This document shows positions 7,793 through 18,170 of a DNA stretch of 29,493 nucleotides, in pieces. Made by a program: the position numbers and the translations under genes. The notes under the pieces are model-generated. The model did no database searches. It was not told the origin of the DNA and worked only from the letters and a program-made list of their open reading frames with translations. Origin of the DNA: a virus (Duplodnaviria > Heunggongvirae > Uroviricota > Caudoviricetes); IMG/VR virus record IMGVR_UViG_2537561932_000024, positions 1 to 29,493 of that record; one strand, 5' to 3'. Every line of letters begins with the position of its first letter. Positions within the stretch are counted from its first letter, which is position 1.

Positions 7793-9658
7793 TCACTGCT
7801 GTGTTGCCTCAGTGGCAAGCAGCGGTCTGATGGCATTTGCAGCGTTACTTAATGCTCTTTCATAGGCTGGCGTTCCTGCTTTGGTGTTTGCCAGACGTAA
7901 GAGCGCATTCCTGGCCATAGGGCTTTCATAACCCCTCGACATAAGGCCAATCCCTGTTTCCCCAGCCAATAGCGCGCCTCCGGTTTTTAGGTTACCAATA
8001 ACCCTTACCAAAGGCGCGAGTGTCATGCCAGTCTTCGTCACAACATTAGCCTCAGATGCTCTTTTGGTAGCATCGAGAATAGATAACATCCCCTCTATCT
8101 CTTTTCCGTTCTTCCCACCAAATACAGTTTTAAACACCTGACCATTTGCTTGTTTTTGCAGCTTGCCAAGCTCGGTCATCATTTTCTGAGGGCTGTCACC
8201 TACCTTGTCAGCTATTTTGCTGATATATGCCGCCCTTAGCATGTCTTTACCTTTTTGATCGAGTTTCCCGTACAATCGAGCTATATCTGACCCATATTGT
8301 CCATACACAATGGTATTTACAGCCTCGGGAGTTAAATCTCCTTTGTTTAGAACGTTTTTAAGGCGCGTTTGAGTTGCATGTGTTGCCATTTTTGCATAAT
8401 CAGCTTTTCCCGCTCTCCATGCTGAAGCATCTTTTGGGCTAAGTCCTTTCGCTATAGATTTACTAAGGCTATTGGTTAGCGAGTTGTAGACCCTGTTGAT
8501 CATTGTTTGCGACATTGATGGCAGAACTGTACGATCGCCTTTTACGTCAATGCGGAACTGAGTTCTCAGCTTATCAAGTAACTCAAAGGCATCATCTCCA
8601 TTTGTTATCTCCTGAATGGCATTCTTATAATCATTAAGCGCAGAAATGGTCTGGGTGTCAGAAACACCTTTAAGTTTCCCAAGTTCGTTTACTGCTCCGT
8701 CGATGGCTCTTATGGCGCCACTTGTATCAACTGGCTTTCCAACCATTCTTCCTGACAGGTTGTTTAGTTTTGACTTGGCTAACGATTTTTCCCTTGCAAC
8801 GCCTGACTTTAGACTATCAACGACTACAGATGGATCGTAGTCGCCGTATTTTTCGGTGAAGCGATTAACAAGCTTGGTTCTGGCATCCTGCTGTGCGGCT
8901 CTCATTGGTCCAGTACCAGCTATGACTCCTTCTGAGTAACCCTGCAGTTGATTGCCAAGTTTTGTTTTTGGAGGAACTACATCCGATGTCATAACTGGTA
9001 CATCTGCCGCAGCGGCACGCTTGAGCAATTGCTGATCTGCTGGTGATATTTCGCCACGAACAGCAGTAATTCCACGCCCTATTCCCTTTGCTGCTGCGGA
9101 AAGAACACCCTGAGCGGCAAGGTTAACTCCGGCATTTTTAGCTGCATTTTGTGCGAAATCGCCTTTCTGATTTGCGGCCTCTGCCAGTGATCCAATAGCC
9201 ATGCTTCCTGCCGTTCCAACTCCTGGAACTAAATACCCGCCAATTGTTTCTCCAGCTTGCGCATAAGGGTCTGTTGGTCGATCTACTGGACGATAGACAT
9301 CATCCAAAACCTTGGGGCCGCCAAGCCCCTGGCTGATTGCATTAATCAGACTTGCGCCACCCTGCAATACGTCAAATGGTATGTTTACCAGACCACGACC
9401 AGCCTGTTCTGCAATTTGCCCTGCACTTTGACCACCTGTGAGCCAATCACCAGCTTGTTGCATCAATGATGGTTCTTCTTTCTGCTGCTGAGGCGGAGGG
9501 TATGCTGCATAAAACTGATCTCTTGCTTCAGCCCATTTGTCACCAGCCTTAGGGGCAACAACCTCATCAAAATATTGCGCTTGAGCCTGTGCTTTCTGTT
9601 CTTCAGTTAACGCCTGATACTGTGGAGAAGCGATAACATCTTTCCATGCTTTAGCCAT
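7793..9658 (-). CDS. Ejection (internal virion) protein, P22 gp16 homolog
   Basis: 621 aa; recalled as closely matching P22 gp16; conserved position at the end of the virion operon. Confidence 0.9.
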   Translation of the reverse strand: MAKAWKDVIASPQYQALTEEQKAQAQAQYFDEVVAPKAGDKWAEARDQFYAAYPPPQQQKEEPSLMQQAGDWLTGGQSAGQIAEQAGRGLVNIPFDVLQGGASLINAISQGLGGPKVLDDVYRPVDRPTDPYAQAGETIGGYLVPGVGTAGSMAIGSLAEAANQKGDFAQNAAKNAGVNLAAQGVLSAAAKGIGRGITAVRGEISPADQQLLKRAAAADVPVMTSDVVPPKTKLGNQLQGYSEGVIAGTGPMRAAQQDARTKLVNRFTEKYGDYDPSVVVDSLKSGVAREKSLAKSKLNNLSGRMVGKPVDTSGAIRAIDGAVNELGKLKGVSDTQTISALNDYKNAIQEITNGDDAFELLDKLRTQFRIDVKGDRTVLPSMSQTMINRVYNSLTNSLSKSIAKGLSPKDASAWRAGKADYAKMATHATQTRLKNVLNKGDLTPEAVNTIVYGQYGSDIARLYGKLDQKGKDMLRAAYISKIADKVGDSPQKMMTELGKLQKQANGQVFKTVFGGKNGKEIEGMLSILDATKRASEANVVTKTGMTLAPLVRVIGNLKTGGALLAGETGIGLMSRGYESPMARNALLRLANTKAGTPAYERALSNAANAIRPLLATEATQQ

Positions 9659-11007
9659 TAATCACCCCATAAAGACGAGAAACCGGACTTATTGCTGTCG
9701 CTTCCTGATTTTCGCTCACTAACATATGTGTCATAACCTGATGAACTATATCCCATTGATTCAGCCTCCCTTGCTGCAACCTTTTGAAATACAGAATATT
9801 GCGATCGGATTTCAGATAACTGTTTTCTGACGACCTCTTCAGGCTGTGTTATATCGAGTTTCGCGATCAGGTTTTCCAGTTTTTGGCCTTCAGCATTGGA
9901 GAGGCTACCCATACCTCGCATAGTCTGCACGTTCTGGACAAACGCACCCGACTTTAATTCTTCTATCGCATTACGGTTTGCAAGCCCTTCAGCACTTGTG
10001 AAGCCATCTATATTTCTTCCTTCGAAGCGACCGATACCTTCAAGCTCCTTCTTACCAAGCAAAGAATCAATTTTCTCTATCCCTCGCTCACCAGTAATCA
10101 ACGCATTGTTGTAATTATTGTTGCCATCAAGCCATCTCTTAGCCTGAGACATTCTGGCTGACGTTGCAGCTTTACCGGTTAGAGGATCAATTCCCGTCGC
10201 TGCTATCTGTGAGTTAAGAGACAAAACATCCATATCCTGAAGTTGTCCTGCTCTTTCAAGGGCCGCCTGTGACTGCTTAAACACATACTTGTCGTGATTC
10301 AGTCTTGCCATTTGAGCCTTATAGGAAAGATCCTGCCCCCTAATAGCCCTCGCATTCGTCATGTCATTATTGCGAATGGTTTCGTTAATTCTTTGCTGCT
10401 CCTGCTGGCGACCAACCATCTTATCCTGAACAGCAAACGCCTTTTCTGGTCCAAGCGCACCGAGAGACATAGTAGTCAGCATGTGTGATAGCTGCTCTGG
10501 ATTCTGGATACCTGTCTGAATCATCCAGTCAGCATTCGCCCCCACGCGATTTAACCTGTCCTTGTTGTCAGTAATGAATTTACTGTAGGCTTCCGGTCCC
10601 TGAGAAAGAGCGACGTTAGCCCTCATGGCTAAATCGCCCATATCGTTGCGTTGCTGCTCATTAAGACCGGAAAACGCCTGTTGTGCCTGCGCAACAAACG
10701 CTGGATTTTCCTGGGCAAACTTAAATAGTCCCGATGGATCACCAGAAGCCCATGCATCAGCGTGAACCTTATTGAACGCACTAATAGCTTTCTGTTGCTG
10801 TTCCTGATTGTAAATATCAGCAACTCCAGCCAGACCACGTAACGCGGTCAGGCCAACGTTATTTGCACCTGAGCGAGCCAGTTCATTGTTTTCGCGGATC
10901 AGACCAAGCGTTGCATTAATGTCGCTTGCCTTTGGCGCATTCTCATTTTGCGCACCGATGCCAGCAAGAAACCCACCAGAATTAATACCCTGTTGCCACG
11001 TAGCCAT
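9658..11007 (-). CDS. Ejection protein, P22 gp20 homolog
   Basis: 449 aa; position and sequence consistent with P22 gp20; start overlaps the upstream gene stop. Confidence 0.85.
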   Translation of the reverse strand: MATWQQGINSGGFLAGIGAQNENAPKASDINATLGLIRENNELARSGANNVGLTALRGLAGVADIYNQEQQQKAISAFNKVHADAWASGDPSGLFKFAQENPAFVAQAQQAFSGLNEQQRNDMGDLAMRANVALSQGPEAYSKFITDNKDRLNRVGANADWMIQTGIQNPEQLSHMLTTMSLGALGPEKAFAVQDKMVGRQQEQQRINETIRNNDMTNARAIRGQDLSYKAQMARLNHDKYVFKQSQAALERAGQLQDMDVLSLNSQIAATGIDPLTGKAATSARMSQAKRWLDGNNNYNNALITGERGIEKIDSLLGKKELEGIGRFEGRNIDGFTSAEGLANRNAIEELKSGAFVQNVQTMRGMGSLSNAEGQKLENLIAKLDITQPEEVVRKQLSEIRSQYSVFQKVAAREAESMGYSSSGYDTYVSERKSGSDSNKSGFSSLWGD

Positions 11008-11017
11008 TGATTACCCC

Positions 11018-11710
11018 TTAAAACAACGAGCCAAGCAGACCAAGACCAGCACCGATACCAGCACCCCACGGAGTTGATAGCTCGAGAGCACTGGCTATGC
11101 CACCACCCAAAAGTGCACCGGATGCAGCACCACTAACCCCCTGCTGCAATGCTGACGGTCGGTTGGCGTTTGCCGCAGCCAGCGCCGCGCTTTGCTGTGA
11201 AATCTGACTCATGTTGTTGGCATATGTTTGCCCGGCGTTTGCCTGCCCCTGAAGAGCGCCAAGACCGATATTTGCCAGGTTGTTGTAATTGTTCATTTGT
11301 CCAGATAGCCATTGCTGACCAAGCGTTGGTGCGATTGTTGCTAACTGATTACTGGTTGCGGTGGAACCCAATCCACCTGTTGCTTCCGCTGCCGCCAGAC
11401 TCTGATAGCGAGCCTGACCAGCAAGATCTTTATACTGCTGAGAGTTGTAATACTGGTTAAGCGCCTGACCTTGCCCTTCCAGAGACGATAAGTTCTCGAG
11501 GCTGCCGAGATACTTATCAGCCAGAGGAGTAAACGGCTTCAGGTTGTTCATGATGGTGTTGAACTGCTGATTTTGCAGGTCTGCGGCATACTTCTGAGCT
11601 TCTGCTGCATACTTTGCGCTTTTATCAGAACTGCCACCTTTCCCGCCTTTTTCAGGGCACCAAGGTTCCTCGCCGCGCAGTTTTCTGCCCAGCTTAAATG
11701 CATATAACAT
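11018..11710 (-). CDS. Ejection protein, P22 gp7 homolog
   Basis: 230 aa; MLYAFKLGRKLRGEEP...KYAAEAQKYAADLQNQQFNTIMNNLKPFTP with Gly-rich C-terminus, matching recalled P22 gp7. Confidence 0.9.
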   Translation of the reverse strand: MLYAFKLGRKLRGEEPWCPEKGGKGGSSDKSAKYAAEAQKYAADLQNQQFNTIMNNLKPFTPLADKYLGSLENLSSLEGQGQALNQYYNSQQYKDLAGQARYQSLAAAEATGGLGSTATSNQLATIAPTLGQQWLSGQMNNYNNLANIGLGALQGQANAGQTYANNMSQISQQSAALAAANANRPSALQQGVSGAASGALLGGGIASALELSTPWGAGIGAGLGLLGSLF

Positions 11711-11712
11711 GG

Positions 11713-12168
11713 CTATCTCCCGTGATTCAGGACGTCGATTAGTTCTTCGCGTGTGGCGCTGTAAAATGTCACGTCATCCACGCCTTTGAAGTATTTCTTG
11801 ATGGTTCCTACACGCTTAAGGCCAATCATTGCGCAGTACATCTGACCGTGGCGGAATTTGCGTGCAGCGAACGATGTGACGCACTGAACGGTGGTGTTAG
11901 TCAGAATGTATCGCCAGAACGCCAGCCCAATTTCCTTGCTGAATCCACGAACCTCTGGCAGGTACATGGCGTGGCAATCAAAGGTTAGCGGCTGAATCTC
12001 CTGATAGTAAACAATTCCGCCGAACTGCCCGTGCACGTTCACCTCAAAGTAACGGCATTCAGGCTTGTAGTCGTATCCATCACCGTTGTTGCTTCCAGCA
12101 ATAATGTCAGGGTGATTTCCTACTGCTTCTATCAGGTCGATGTTTCGCGTTGGTTTGAATGTAATCAT
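11713..12168 (-). CDS. gp14-position virion accessory protein (assigned by synteny only)
   Basis: 151 aa ORF between the gp7 and gp26 homologs, tightly packed with neighbours; no motif recognised. Confidence 0.6.
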   Translation of the reverse strand: MITFKPTRNIDLIEAVGNHPDIIAGSNNGDGYDYKPECRYFEVNVHGQFGGIVYYQEIQPLTFDCHAMYLPEVRGFSKEIGLAFWRYILTNTTVQCVTSFAARKFRHGQMYCAMIGLKRVGTIKKYFKGVDDVTFYSATREELIDVLNHGR

Positions 12169-12869
12169 CAGTCAATCAGCCCATGTAATCTAAGTGCCGT
12201 TTCAAGCGCCAGAATACGCTGCCGCGCCTGCTGCAAACCTGTAGCGAGAGATGCGACTTCGGATTGTGTGTACGTAGTGCCGACAGTGTATGACTGGTTA
12301 GCGTTGAATGAGCCAAGAAGTGGCGTACCTGTGGCTGCTGTCCACCCTGTCTGACGAGCACCAATAACCTTGGTGCCGCCGACCGAATAGGATGTTGTTA
12401 CATTGAGGGGAGATGCCAGCGATTGTGTTGCAGTGGCTGTTTTCGATACATAGTCGTCCTGTAATGCAGAAATGTTGCTCTCAGCAGTCGTAACCCGGCC
12501 ATCAAGAGCGCTGACGTCAGCCTGTAAAGTGACTATTTCTCCTTCAGCCGTGGTTAGTCTGACATCCAGCTCTGCAATTGCCGCAGTATTCGCAGCAATA
12601 CGGATTTCATGGTCATCTACTTCAATGCGGAGCTGACGAATTCTTTCTTCGTGATCGACCAGAATCACATCCTGCTCATCGTTCCTGACTTGTGCGTCAT
12701 AAGCGCCCTGTCCGGCCTCGTTGGCCTTGTTCGCCACGTTACCAACATCAGTACCCTGTGCGATAACGTACAACAGATACGACTGCGAGAAGATATTGCG
12801 TGGAAGGATTGATGTATCGAGCCGTGTAGCCTGAATGATTACCGGCACATTGAGATTCGAATCAGCCAT
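12168..12869 (-). CDS. Tail needle protein, P22 gp26 homolog
   Basis: Start taken at the Met of [18 protein letters not shown]...; conserved N-terminal and coiled-coil region (VTTAEGEI...[12 protein letters not shown]...[10 protein letters not shown]) as recalled for P22 gp26; divergent C-terminal tip. Confidence 0.85.
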   Translation of the reverse strand: MADSNLNVPVIIQATRLDTSILPRNIFSQSYLLYVIAQGTDVGNVANKANEAGQGAYDAQVRNDEQDVILVDHEERIRQLRIEVDDHEIRIAANTAAIAELDVRLTTAEGEIVTLQADVSALDGRVTTAESNISALQDDYVSKTATATQSLASPLNVTTSYSVGGTKVIGARQTGWTAATGTPLLGSFNANQSYTVGTTYTQSEVASLATGLQQARQRILALETALRLHGLID

Positions 12870-13395
12870 TAACATGCCTCCATGCCTTGCCATTTACAAT
12901 TCTACTAACCTTTGAATTGTGAATTCCAAATAATTTAGCAACTTCACACTGAGGAAATCCATTGGCAACCATTTCTTTTATCTTTATGACATCATCATTA
13001 GATATTTTAGAATTACCATTCCTTTCTCCTTTTACATTACCTCTCGATTCCAATCCATATGAGTGTGAGATGTTTCCTGATGGAGTAACCCATTCAAGAT
13101 TTAGATAGTTATTATTATATTTATCACCATCTATATGATTAACCTGTAACCCTTCAGCAAATCCACCGACAAAGTGAGATGCAACAAGCTTATGTATTAG
13201 TATGTTCTTTTTTACGCCATCCTTATATAAGCACACATACTTATATCCATTTACGTTATGATTATGCTTCAGCCACCTCCCCTTAATAAGACGCCCCCTC
13301 AAATTTACTCTTGAATGCGAGTAAACTCTACCATCATTAGTGATGGCGTACAGTCCTTCATATCCTTCGATATCTTTTGCGTTTTCACTTAACAT
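12862..13395 (-). CDS. Free-standing HNH homing endonuclease (NUMOD4-like N-terminus plus HNH_3)
   Basis: 177 aa; [18 protein letters not shown] near the N-terminus and HKLVASHF...[20 protein letters not shown] (HNH motif); strong SD AAGGAG 5 nt before the ATG; AT-rich; lies between gp10 and gp26, overlapping the gp26 start. Confidence 0.8.
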   Translation of the reverse strand: MLSENAKDIEGYEGLYAITNDGRVYSHSRVNLRGRLIKGRWLKHNHNVNGYKYVCLYKDGVKKNILIHKLVASHFVGGFAEGLQVNHIDGDKYNNNYLNLEWVTPSGNISHSYGLESRGNVKGERNGNSKISNDDVIKIKEMVANGFPQCEVAKLFGIHNSKVSRIVNGKAWRHVNG

Positions 13396-13416
13396 ATCTA
13401 CTCCTTGAGTTTCGAT

Positions 13417-14835
13417 TTATGTTACACGAATAGAAAGGCCTGATAATGTAACAGGACCTTTTGCAATAACTCTGAATTTAAATCCAATGAGACGTCTAAC
13501 TCGACCAACTTTTCGCCATAAAACGCGATTGTCATATACAAATGGTTTTTGTAATACGACCATTTGCTCACGACCGTAATTAATTCCATCTGTAGTGGCT
13601 GATATAAATATTCTATCTATTCTATCACACACGCCGCCAGATGTTTCTAATTCAAGGTCATTTATTAAAACGTTATCAGCCTTTATTAGAGGGGAATATA
13701 AAATATGCTCTTGTTGTTTTTCGTATTGTGAAGATATATCGAATTGCAATTTCCCGGTCACCGATTCCAGCTTATCGCCGCACGTTATCTGATTGCCTTC
13801 GTAAATGAAGTCGATAGCGCGGTACACATCGTCATACAGGCCAGTTTTCAACACACACCATTGCGGACCATTGGCGCTTGAAGATGCGTCGTACACCAGA
13901 ACATGGCGCGGAAGATGGATAATCAGCAGCTCATGCGCATCAAATCGCAGAGACTCCATCACGCCATCAGCCAGTTCATCAGCAGTGTAGGAGCGTAGTA
14001 TTTTCTCAATGCTCGCGCTGGCGATTGGTGATACCTGACCGGAGCCGATGATATACACAGACGGCGCACCTGTTGCCGGATTGCTGATAAACGCATAGGA
14101 ATCAGCGAATGGCGTTTTGCAGTAAGTCCCGGCAATGCCTTTCTGCACCATAAGAGATGGCTGTGCGACATACAAAGCAGCACCAACGGTGGTTGCACCA
14201 GTCAGGGAGAAATATTCAATCGTCGATGAACCAAAGCAGACGATGAAGTCTCGCCATGTTCCGATGCCGATGATGCCGTCAGGCTGCGATTCTGCGCGAT
14301 ATTGTGCGCTGTATCGGTCAGGGTGCGATTCGTCTTCAAGGTCAGTGATAAACCATGAATCAGTGCCGTCTTTTGACCACGCATAACGCCCACGTAAGCG
14401 CGTAATGTCACGAACCGAACCTAACTCATACTGAGTGAATCCGCTATCTGCAGGCCAGTTTGAGACGGTTTTAACCGTGCCATCATAGCGATACTCTACC
14501 AGTTGACCATTAACGCCTACAGCCTGAGATGTCCGACCATGCGCCATTGATACACGACCACTTCCGGCAACCTCACCGACTTCACTTTCTCCTTTGTACA
14601 GCTTGCCACCACACACACGATAAACAGCACTCTGCGCCATGTTGTACTCGACGCCGCGCGATACGCCGTTCACATCAGAACGTTTTGCAATGCCAGGGAA
14701 TGAGCGAAGATATCCGCTGCTGTTCAGGATTTCTTTGGGTGTAGCCAGCATATTCACTGGCAGATAGTCGATATAGTCGGCGTTTCGGAAATCTTTGCCG
14801 ACACCTTTCATAAGCGGAAGTTGCTGAACCGGCAT
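13417..14835 (-). CDS. Tail accessory / hub protein, P22 gp10 homolog
   Basis: 472 aa (same length as P22 gp10); MPVQQLPLMKGVGKDFRNADYIDYLPVNMLATPKEILNSSGYLRSFPGI matches recalled P22 gp10. Confidence 0.9.
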   Translation of the reverse strand: MPVQQLPLMKGVGKDFRNADYIDYLPVNMLATPKEILNSSGYLRSFPGIAKRSDVNGVSRGVEYNMAQSAVYRVCGGKLYKGESEVGEVAGSGRVSMAHGRTSQAVGVNGQLVEYRYDGTVKTVSNWPADSGFTQYELGSVRDITRLRGRYAWSKDGTDSWFITDLEDESHPDRYSAQYRAESQPDGIIGIGTWRDFIVCFGSSTIEYFSLTGATTVGAALYVAQPSLMVQKGIAGTYCKTPFADSYAFISNPATGAPSVYIIGSGQVSPIASASIEKILRSYTADELADGVMESLRFDAHELLIIHLPRHVLVYDASSSANGPQWCVLKTGLYDDVYRAIDFIYEGNQITCGDKLESVTGKLQFDISSQYEKQQEHILYSPLIKADNVLINDLELETSGGVCDRIDRIFISATTDGINYGREQMVVLQKPFVYDNRVLWRKVGRVRRLIGFKFRVIAKGPVTLSGLSIRVT

Positions 14836-15336
14836 TTATTCGCTCCCGTTATCGCAAGGTTCCTTCCGGTAGAAGTAATTCCAACCGTTCCACTTCGCCA
14901 ACTGATTACCGCTACCAACAGGCATACGGTTTGGATAACCGGACTTACATTTAGCGGCTTTTGCTCTGTCCATTGCAGACAGTTTGACGAGTCGCTCTTT
15001 CCCGTATCTGGCAGTGGTTATAAGTTTTGCAGACGCTTCCAGCGCATAATCTGGAGCAATGCGGCAGGCAAGGTTGAAAATGACGGCATTGATAGCGTTA
15101 TTTGATAAACCGTGCTCATCGCCCGGATCCGGAGCAACATCTGCATCAGCAAAAATGTAGCCAACGTTGATACCAGGTGACGCATCACCGCCAAGCCATT
15201 CAGCCATCATCATTTCAAGGTCGTTGACGCCGTCTTCCATAGACTGCGGTTCGACATCTGTTAACGTGGCATTTGATGCAACACCGAGCTTACGTAATGC
15301 CGCAAGGACTAAATCACCCTTCGTTGTCAGGTTCAT
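14836..15336 (-). CDS. Tail accessory factor, P22 gp4 homolog
   Basis: Start taken at [33 protein letters not shown], which aligns with the recalled P22 gp4 N-terminus; the track ORF extends 22 codons further upstream. Confidence 0.85.
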   Translation of the reverse strand: MNLTTKGDLVLAALRKLGVASNATLTDVEPQSMEDGVNDLEMMMAEWLGGDASPGINVGYIFADADVAPDPGDEHGLSNNAINAVIFNLACRIAPDYALEASAKLITTARYGKERLVKLSAMDRAKAAKCKSGYPNRMPVGSGNQLAKWNGWNYFYRKEPCDNGSE

Positions 15337-15907
15337 CTGCTGCCGCCTTAGGTTTTCGACCAGGCTTTTTACGCTGTTTTTCTTCTGGCTCTGGCTCTGC
15401 AATAGCCGGACGCAAACTCAGGAGTCGTCCAAGAACATCATTTGCTTCATGACCATCCCACTCTTTCCCGAACTCAAGCTCAGTACCTTCAGGAAGGAAC
15501 TCGATTTCTTCAACAGGTAGGTGATAAGTGATTTCGCCTTCTGGTGTGGTGATACCAGCAATGATCCAGCCATCCCACTCTTCACCGTCACTGTGTTTGC
15601 GAGACCACCACGAAAGCTCAGCGTAAGCATGCATCAGCGATGAGAAGAGGCGTACTCGGTGAGCGTAAAGCTCGTTAAAAGTGTGATAACCGTCGGACAC
15701 TTCGCCCATATCAACTGGGGAAGTTTCACCTCCGCCAACACTCCCAATTTGATCACCAACAAGAGGATAATCAGGAACATCGTCAGGGTGCTTATACCAG
15801 CCATTTGCTAAGTGCACAGCTACATCATCAGGATCAACGGTTTTCGTTTTCAGCTTGCGCCCCCAGATTTTGGTATCTCCGCCGGCCTGAAAAATCATTA
15901 CGCTCAT
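15314..15907 (-). CDS. Hypothetical protein between coat and gp4 homologs, acidic and Lys/Pro-rich tail
   Basis: Start taken at the ATG at 15907 (GGAGATACC SD, after the post-coat hairpin), giving [20 protein letters not shown]...; the upstream part of the track ORF overlaps the coat gene and is rejected. Confidence 0.6.
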   Translation of the reverse strand: MSVMIFQAGGDTKIWGRKLKTKTVDPDDVAVHLANGWYKHPDDVPDYPLVGDQIGSVGGGETSPVDMGEVSDGYHTFNELYAHRVRLFSSLMHAYAELSWWSRKHSDGEEWDGWIIAGITTPEGEITYHLPVEEIEFLPEGTELEFGKEWDGHEANDVLGRLLSLRPAIAEPEPEEKQRKKPGRKPKAAADEPDNEG

Positions 15908-15926
15908 TGGTATCTCCAATAGAAAA

Positions 15927-15942
15927 GGGAGCCGAAGCTCCC
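15927..15942 (-). terminator. Stem-loop just after the coat gene (partial terminator or mRNA-stabilising hairpin)
   Basis: Minus strand GGGAGC-TTCG-GCTCCC followed by TTTTCT; 9 nt after the coat stop. Confidence 0.4.
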
Positions 15943-15950
15943 TCTGGTTA

Positions 15951-17246
15951 TCAAGCAGTCTGGTTAGGCAGACCAACACCAATTGCCTCTGGTCGTACAG
16001 CACATGCTGAATACCACACAGCAATACGGCACTTACCAGACAGAGTGTTGATATCACCCTGCGTTGCGAAGATGCCGTTAACACCAATACCAGGAATGCT
16101 GAAGGAAGACGTTTTCATGCCAGCAAACAGTTCATGGGTTACCGGGATCGGCTGAGACAGCAGGCGGATTGAGTCATCAGCCCAGAACACGTTAGCGGTG
16201 GTTGTTGCCACGTTCAGAACGTTTACCGGAGTAGTATCAGCAAGAGAGGTGTTTACGTTAGCGTAAGCCTTCTCTTCTTTTGTCAGTGACGCGTCATCCA
16301 GTGCAATCGGCTTCGGCGTGATTTCGATGTGAGTACCATCGATCACACGGGGGATTGAGAAAGTCGCATCATCAGTCAGCACGTTCTTCGCCATCTGAGA
16401 CAGGAATTTCACACCAGTGAAACTGATTTTGTCGCCGCGCTTAAATCCGGTGGTGGAGGATACGGTCACCGTTGCAACACGGTTGTCGACGTTCTCTTTG
16501 TTACCATCGGTATCAAGAGTGTATGCCTGCGGCTTAAACTTCTGCGCACCAGAAACAGTCACACCAGTAGCGGTTGACTTGGTAACTGCCGGAAGTTTCG
16601 GTGAGCGAAGAATTTCATCAAAGCCAGCAATCTGACGCTGAATGGTACCGTTGCGATACGCTTCTTCAGGAACGCGCCCAAAGATGTCACCATCTACCAG
16701 GTTGCGGCCTGCTTTGCGGTAATCGTCAGGGTTCAGGAAGTAACTGATGCCCATATCGCGGTTTAGCTCACGGGAGAACATCAGGCGCTCTGCATCAGAC
16801 ACAAAATCCCAGCCAGACAGGCCAGTAGATGGACCAATTGCGCGGGTATCGTGAACAACAAGTGAGCCCATTTCAGTTGCCTGTTTGGCAATTGCTGACT
16901 CAATGTTATTCGCCAGTTTTTTGGCGGATGCTTGGATGCGGCGACGGTAAGAACGCTCATCACGCAGGTCATCTGCACGAAGCTCGAAGAAATCGTTATC
17001 CGGATCACCCATGTTGCATTTCACGGAGAGTTCCAGAATCCCGGTAGCGTTGCCAGTTAAATCCCAGCCAGTCTGAGTTGGCGCTTCCTGCTCAACAGGC
17101 ATCCACACGGTGTTGCTTGAACGCTGCATGGATTCTGCCGGAGGGGTGTATTTTGTCACTTTGGACGCCATTGGCGTCAGGTTCTGGACGGTTTCGATGA
17201 TTTCATCCAGAGCATACGCGACCAGTTGACCTTCATTTAATGCCAT
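15951..17246 (-). CDS. Major coat protein, P22 gp5 homolog
   Basis: 431 aa; [27 protein letters not shown]...[16 protein letters not shown]... closely matches recalled P22 coat. Confidence 0.95.
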   Translation of the reverse strand: MALNEGQLVAYALDEIIETVQNLTPMASKVTKYTPPAESMQRSSNTVWMPVEQEAPTQTGWDLTGNATGILELSVKCNMGDPDNDFFELRADDLRDERSYRRRIQASAKKLANNIESAIAKQATEMGSLVVHDTRAIGPSTGLSGWDFVSDAERLMFSRELNRDMGISYFLNPDDYRKAGRNLVDGDIFGRVPEEAYRNGTIQRQIAGFDEILRSPKLPAVTKSTATGVTVSGAQKFKPQAYTLDTDGNKENVDNRVATVTVSSTTGFKRGDKISFTGVKFLSQMAKNVLTDDATFSIPRVIDGTHIEITPKPIALDDASLTKEEKAYANVNTSLADTTPVNVLNVATTTANVFWADDSIRLLSQPIPVTHELFAGMKTSSFSIPGIGVNGIFATQGDINTLSGKCRIAVWYSACAVRPEAIGVGLPNQTA

Positions 17247-18157
17247 TATCGAATTCCTTTATTCAGTTGCGCCTTAAGCTTGCGGTACGTCTCTACATCC
17301 CCTTTGTTTGCTGCCGCTTCCATCTGCTTTTCAATCGCAGAGATATTTGCAGCAACAGCGTGCCCCTGAATGGGTTCATCAGGTAACGGGGCTTCTGAAA
17401 CAGGCTTGGCTCGAGGCTTGAGAGTTAAACGTTCTGACAGTCGAGTGAGTTCAATCAGCGCGGATTGCCCGTCCATCGCCAGCAACTGGCGTGTTTTCTC
17501 AGGATTAGCACCAAGGTGATACATGAGAGCGGCGGATTTCTCCGGGAAGAGTCGCATGATGTCGGCACCGACTGCTGGCGGCACCAGTTGCATGAATGCA
17601 TCCTCTTTCTCCTGATAGTCAGGGATATTGAGCTTTTCCGCTGCGTCGTAGTGCTTACGGGCTGCCTCGACGTATTGCGCTGATTGCTGGGTGAACTCCT
17701 GAGTTTTGCGACCCTGCTCGGCGACAGCCTGGCTTCGTGCGTCCATAGCCTTGATCTGCCATTCACTGTTTGCCTGCTGGAAGGCAGCCAGTGCGCGGCT
17801 CTGGTCATAGTCGTACTTAGCCAGTGCATCTTCGGAAAGATAATCGTTAGGGTCTGGTTGTTTTGGTAACTCAGGGTTCACCCGCAGGTGCTCCGGCAAC
17901 TCTCCACGCTTAACCGCTTCCATCTGCTGCTCAAGCTCACGCTGTCGTTTGCGTTCGATGCGGCGACGGGCAAATTCAGCATTAGTTGCCGGGTCTTGTT
18001 TTGGTTTCTCATCGTCTTTCAGGACAATCTCGAAGCCTTCTTCCTGGCCTGCGTTGTCGTTGGCATTATCGACAACTAAGCCATCAGCAGATGCCGCTGC
18101 ATGATTGCCGGGCAGGGTTAATTCTTCAGAAGCCTGAATGTCGGTGGTTTGGTCCAT
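17246..18157 (-). CDS. Scaffolding protein, P22 gp8 homolog
   Basis: 303 aa; conserved C-terminal coat-binding helix-turn-helix region (...[18 protein letters not shown]) as recalled for P22 gp8. Confidence 0.9.
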   Translation of the reverse strand: MDQTTDIQASEELTLPGNHAAASADGLVVDNANDNAGQEEGFEIVLKDDEKPKQDPATNAEFARRRIERKRQRELEQQMEAVKRGELPEHLRVNPELPKQPDPNDYLSEDALAKYDYDQSRALAAFQQANSEWQIKAMDARSQAVAEQGRKTQEFTQQSAQYVEAARKHYDAAEKLNIPDYQEKEDAFMQLVPPAVGADIMRLFPEKSAALMYHLGANPEKTRQLLAMDGQSALIELTRLSERLTLKPRAKPVSEAPLPDEPIQGHAVAANISAIEKQMEAAANKGDVETYRKLKAQLNKGIR

Positions 18158-18170
18158 GATTAACTCTCTC

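Noticed and set aside
15908..16087. N-terminal extension of the ORF downstream of coat
   Set aside because: It overlaps the coat gene 3' end in another frame; the credible start is the SD-preceded ATG at 15907, after the post-coat hairpin.
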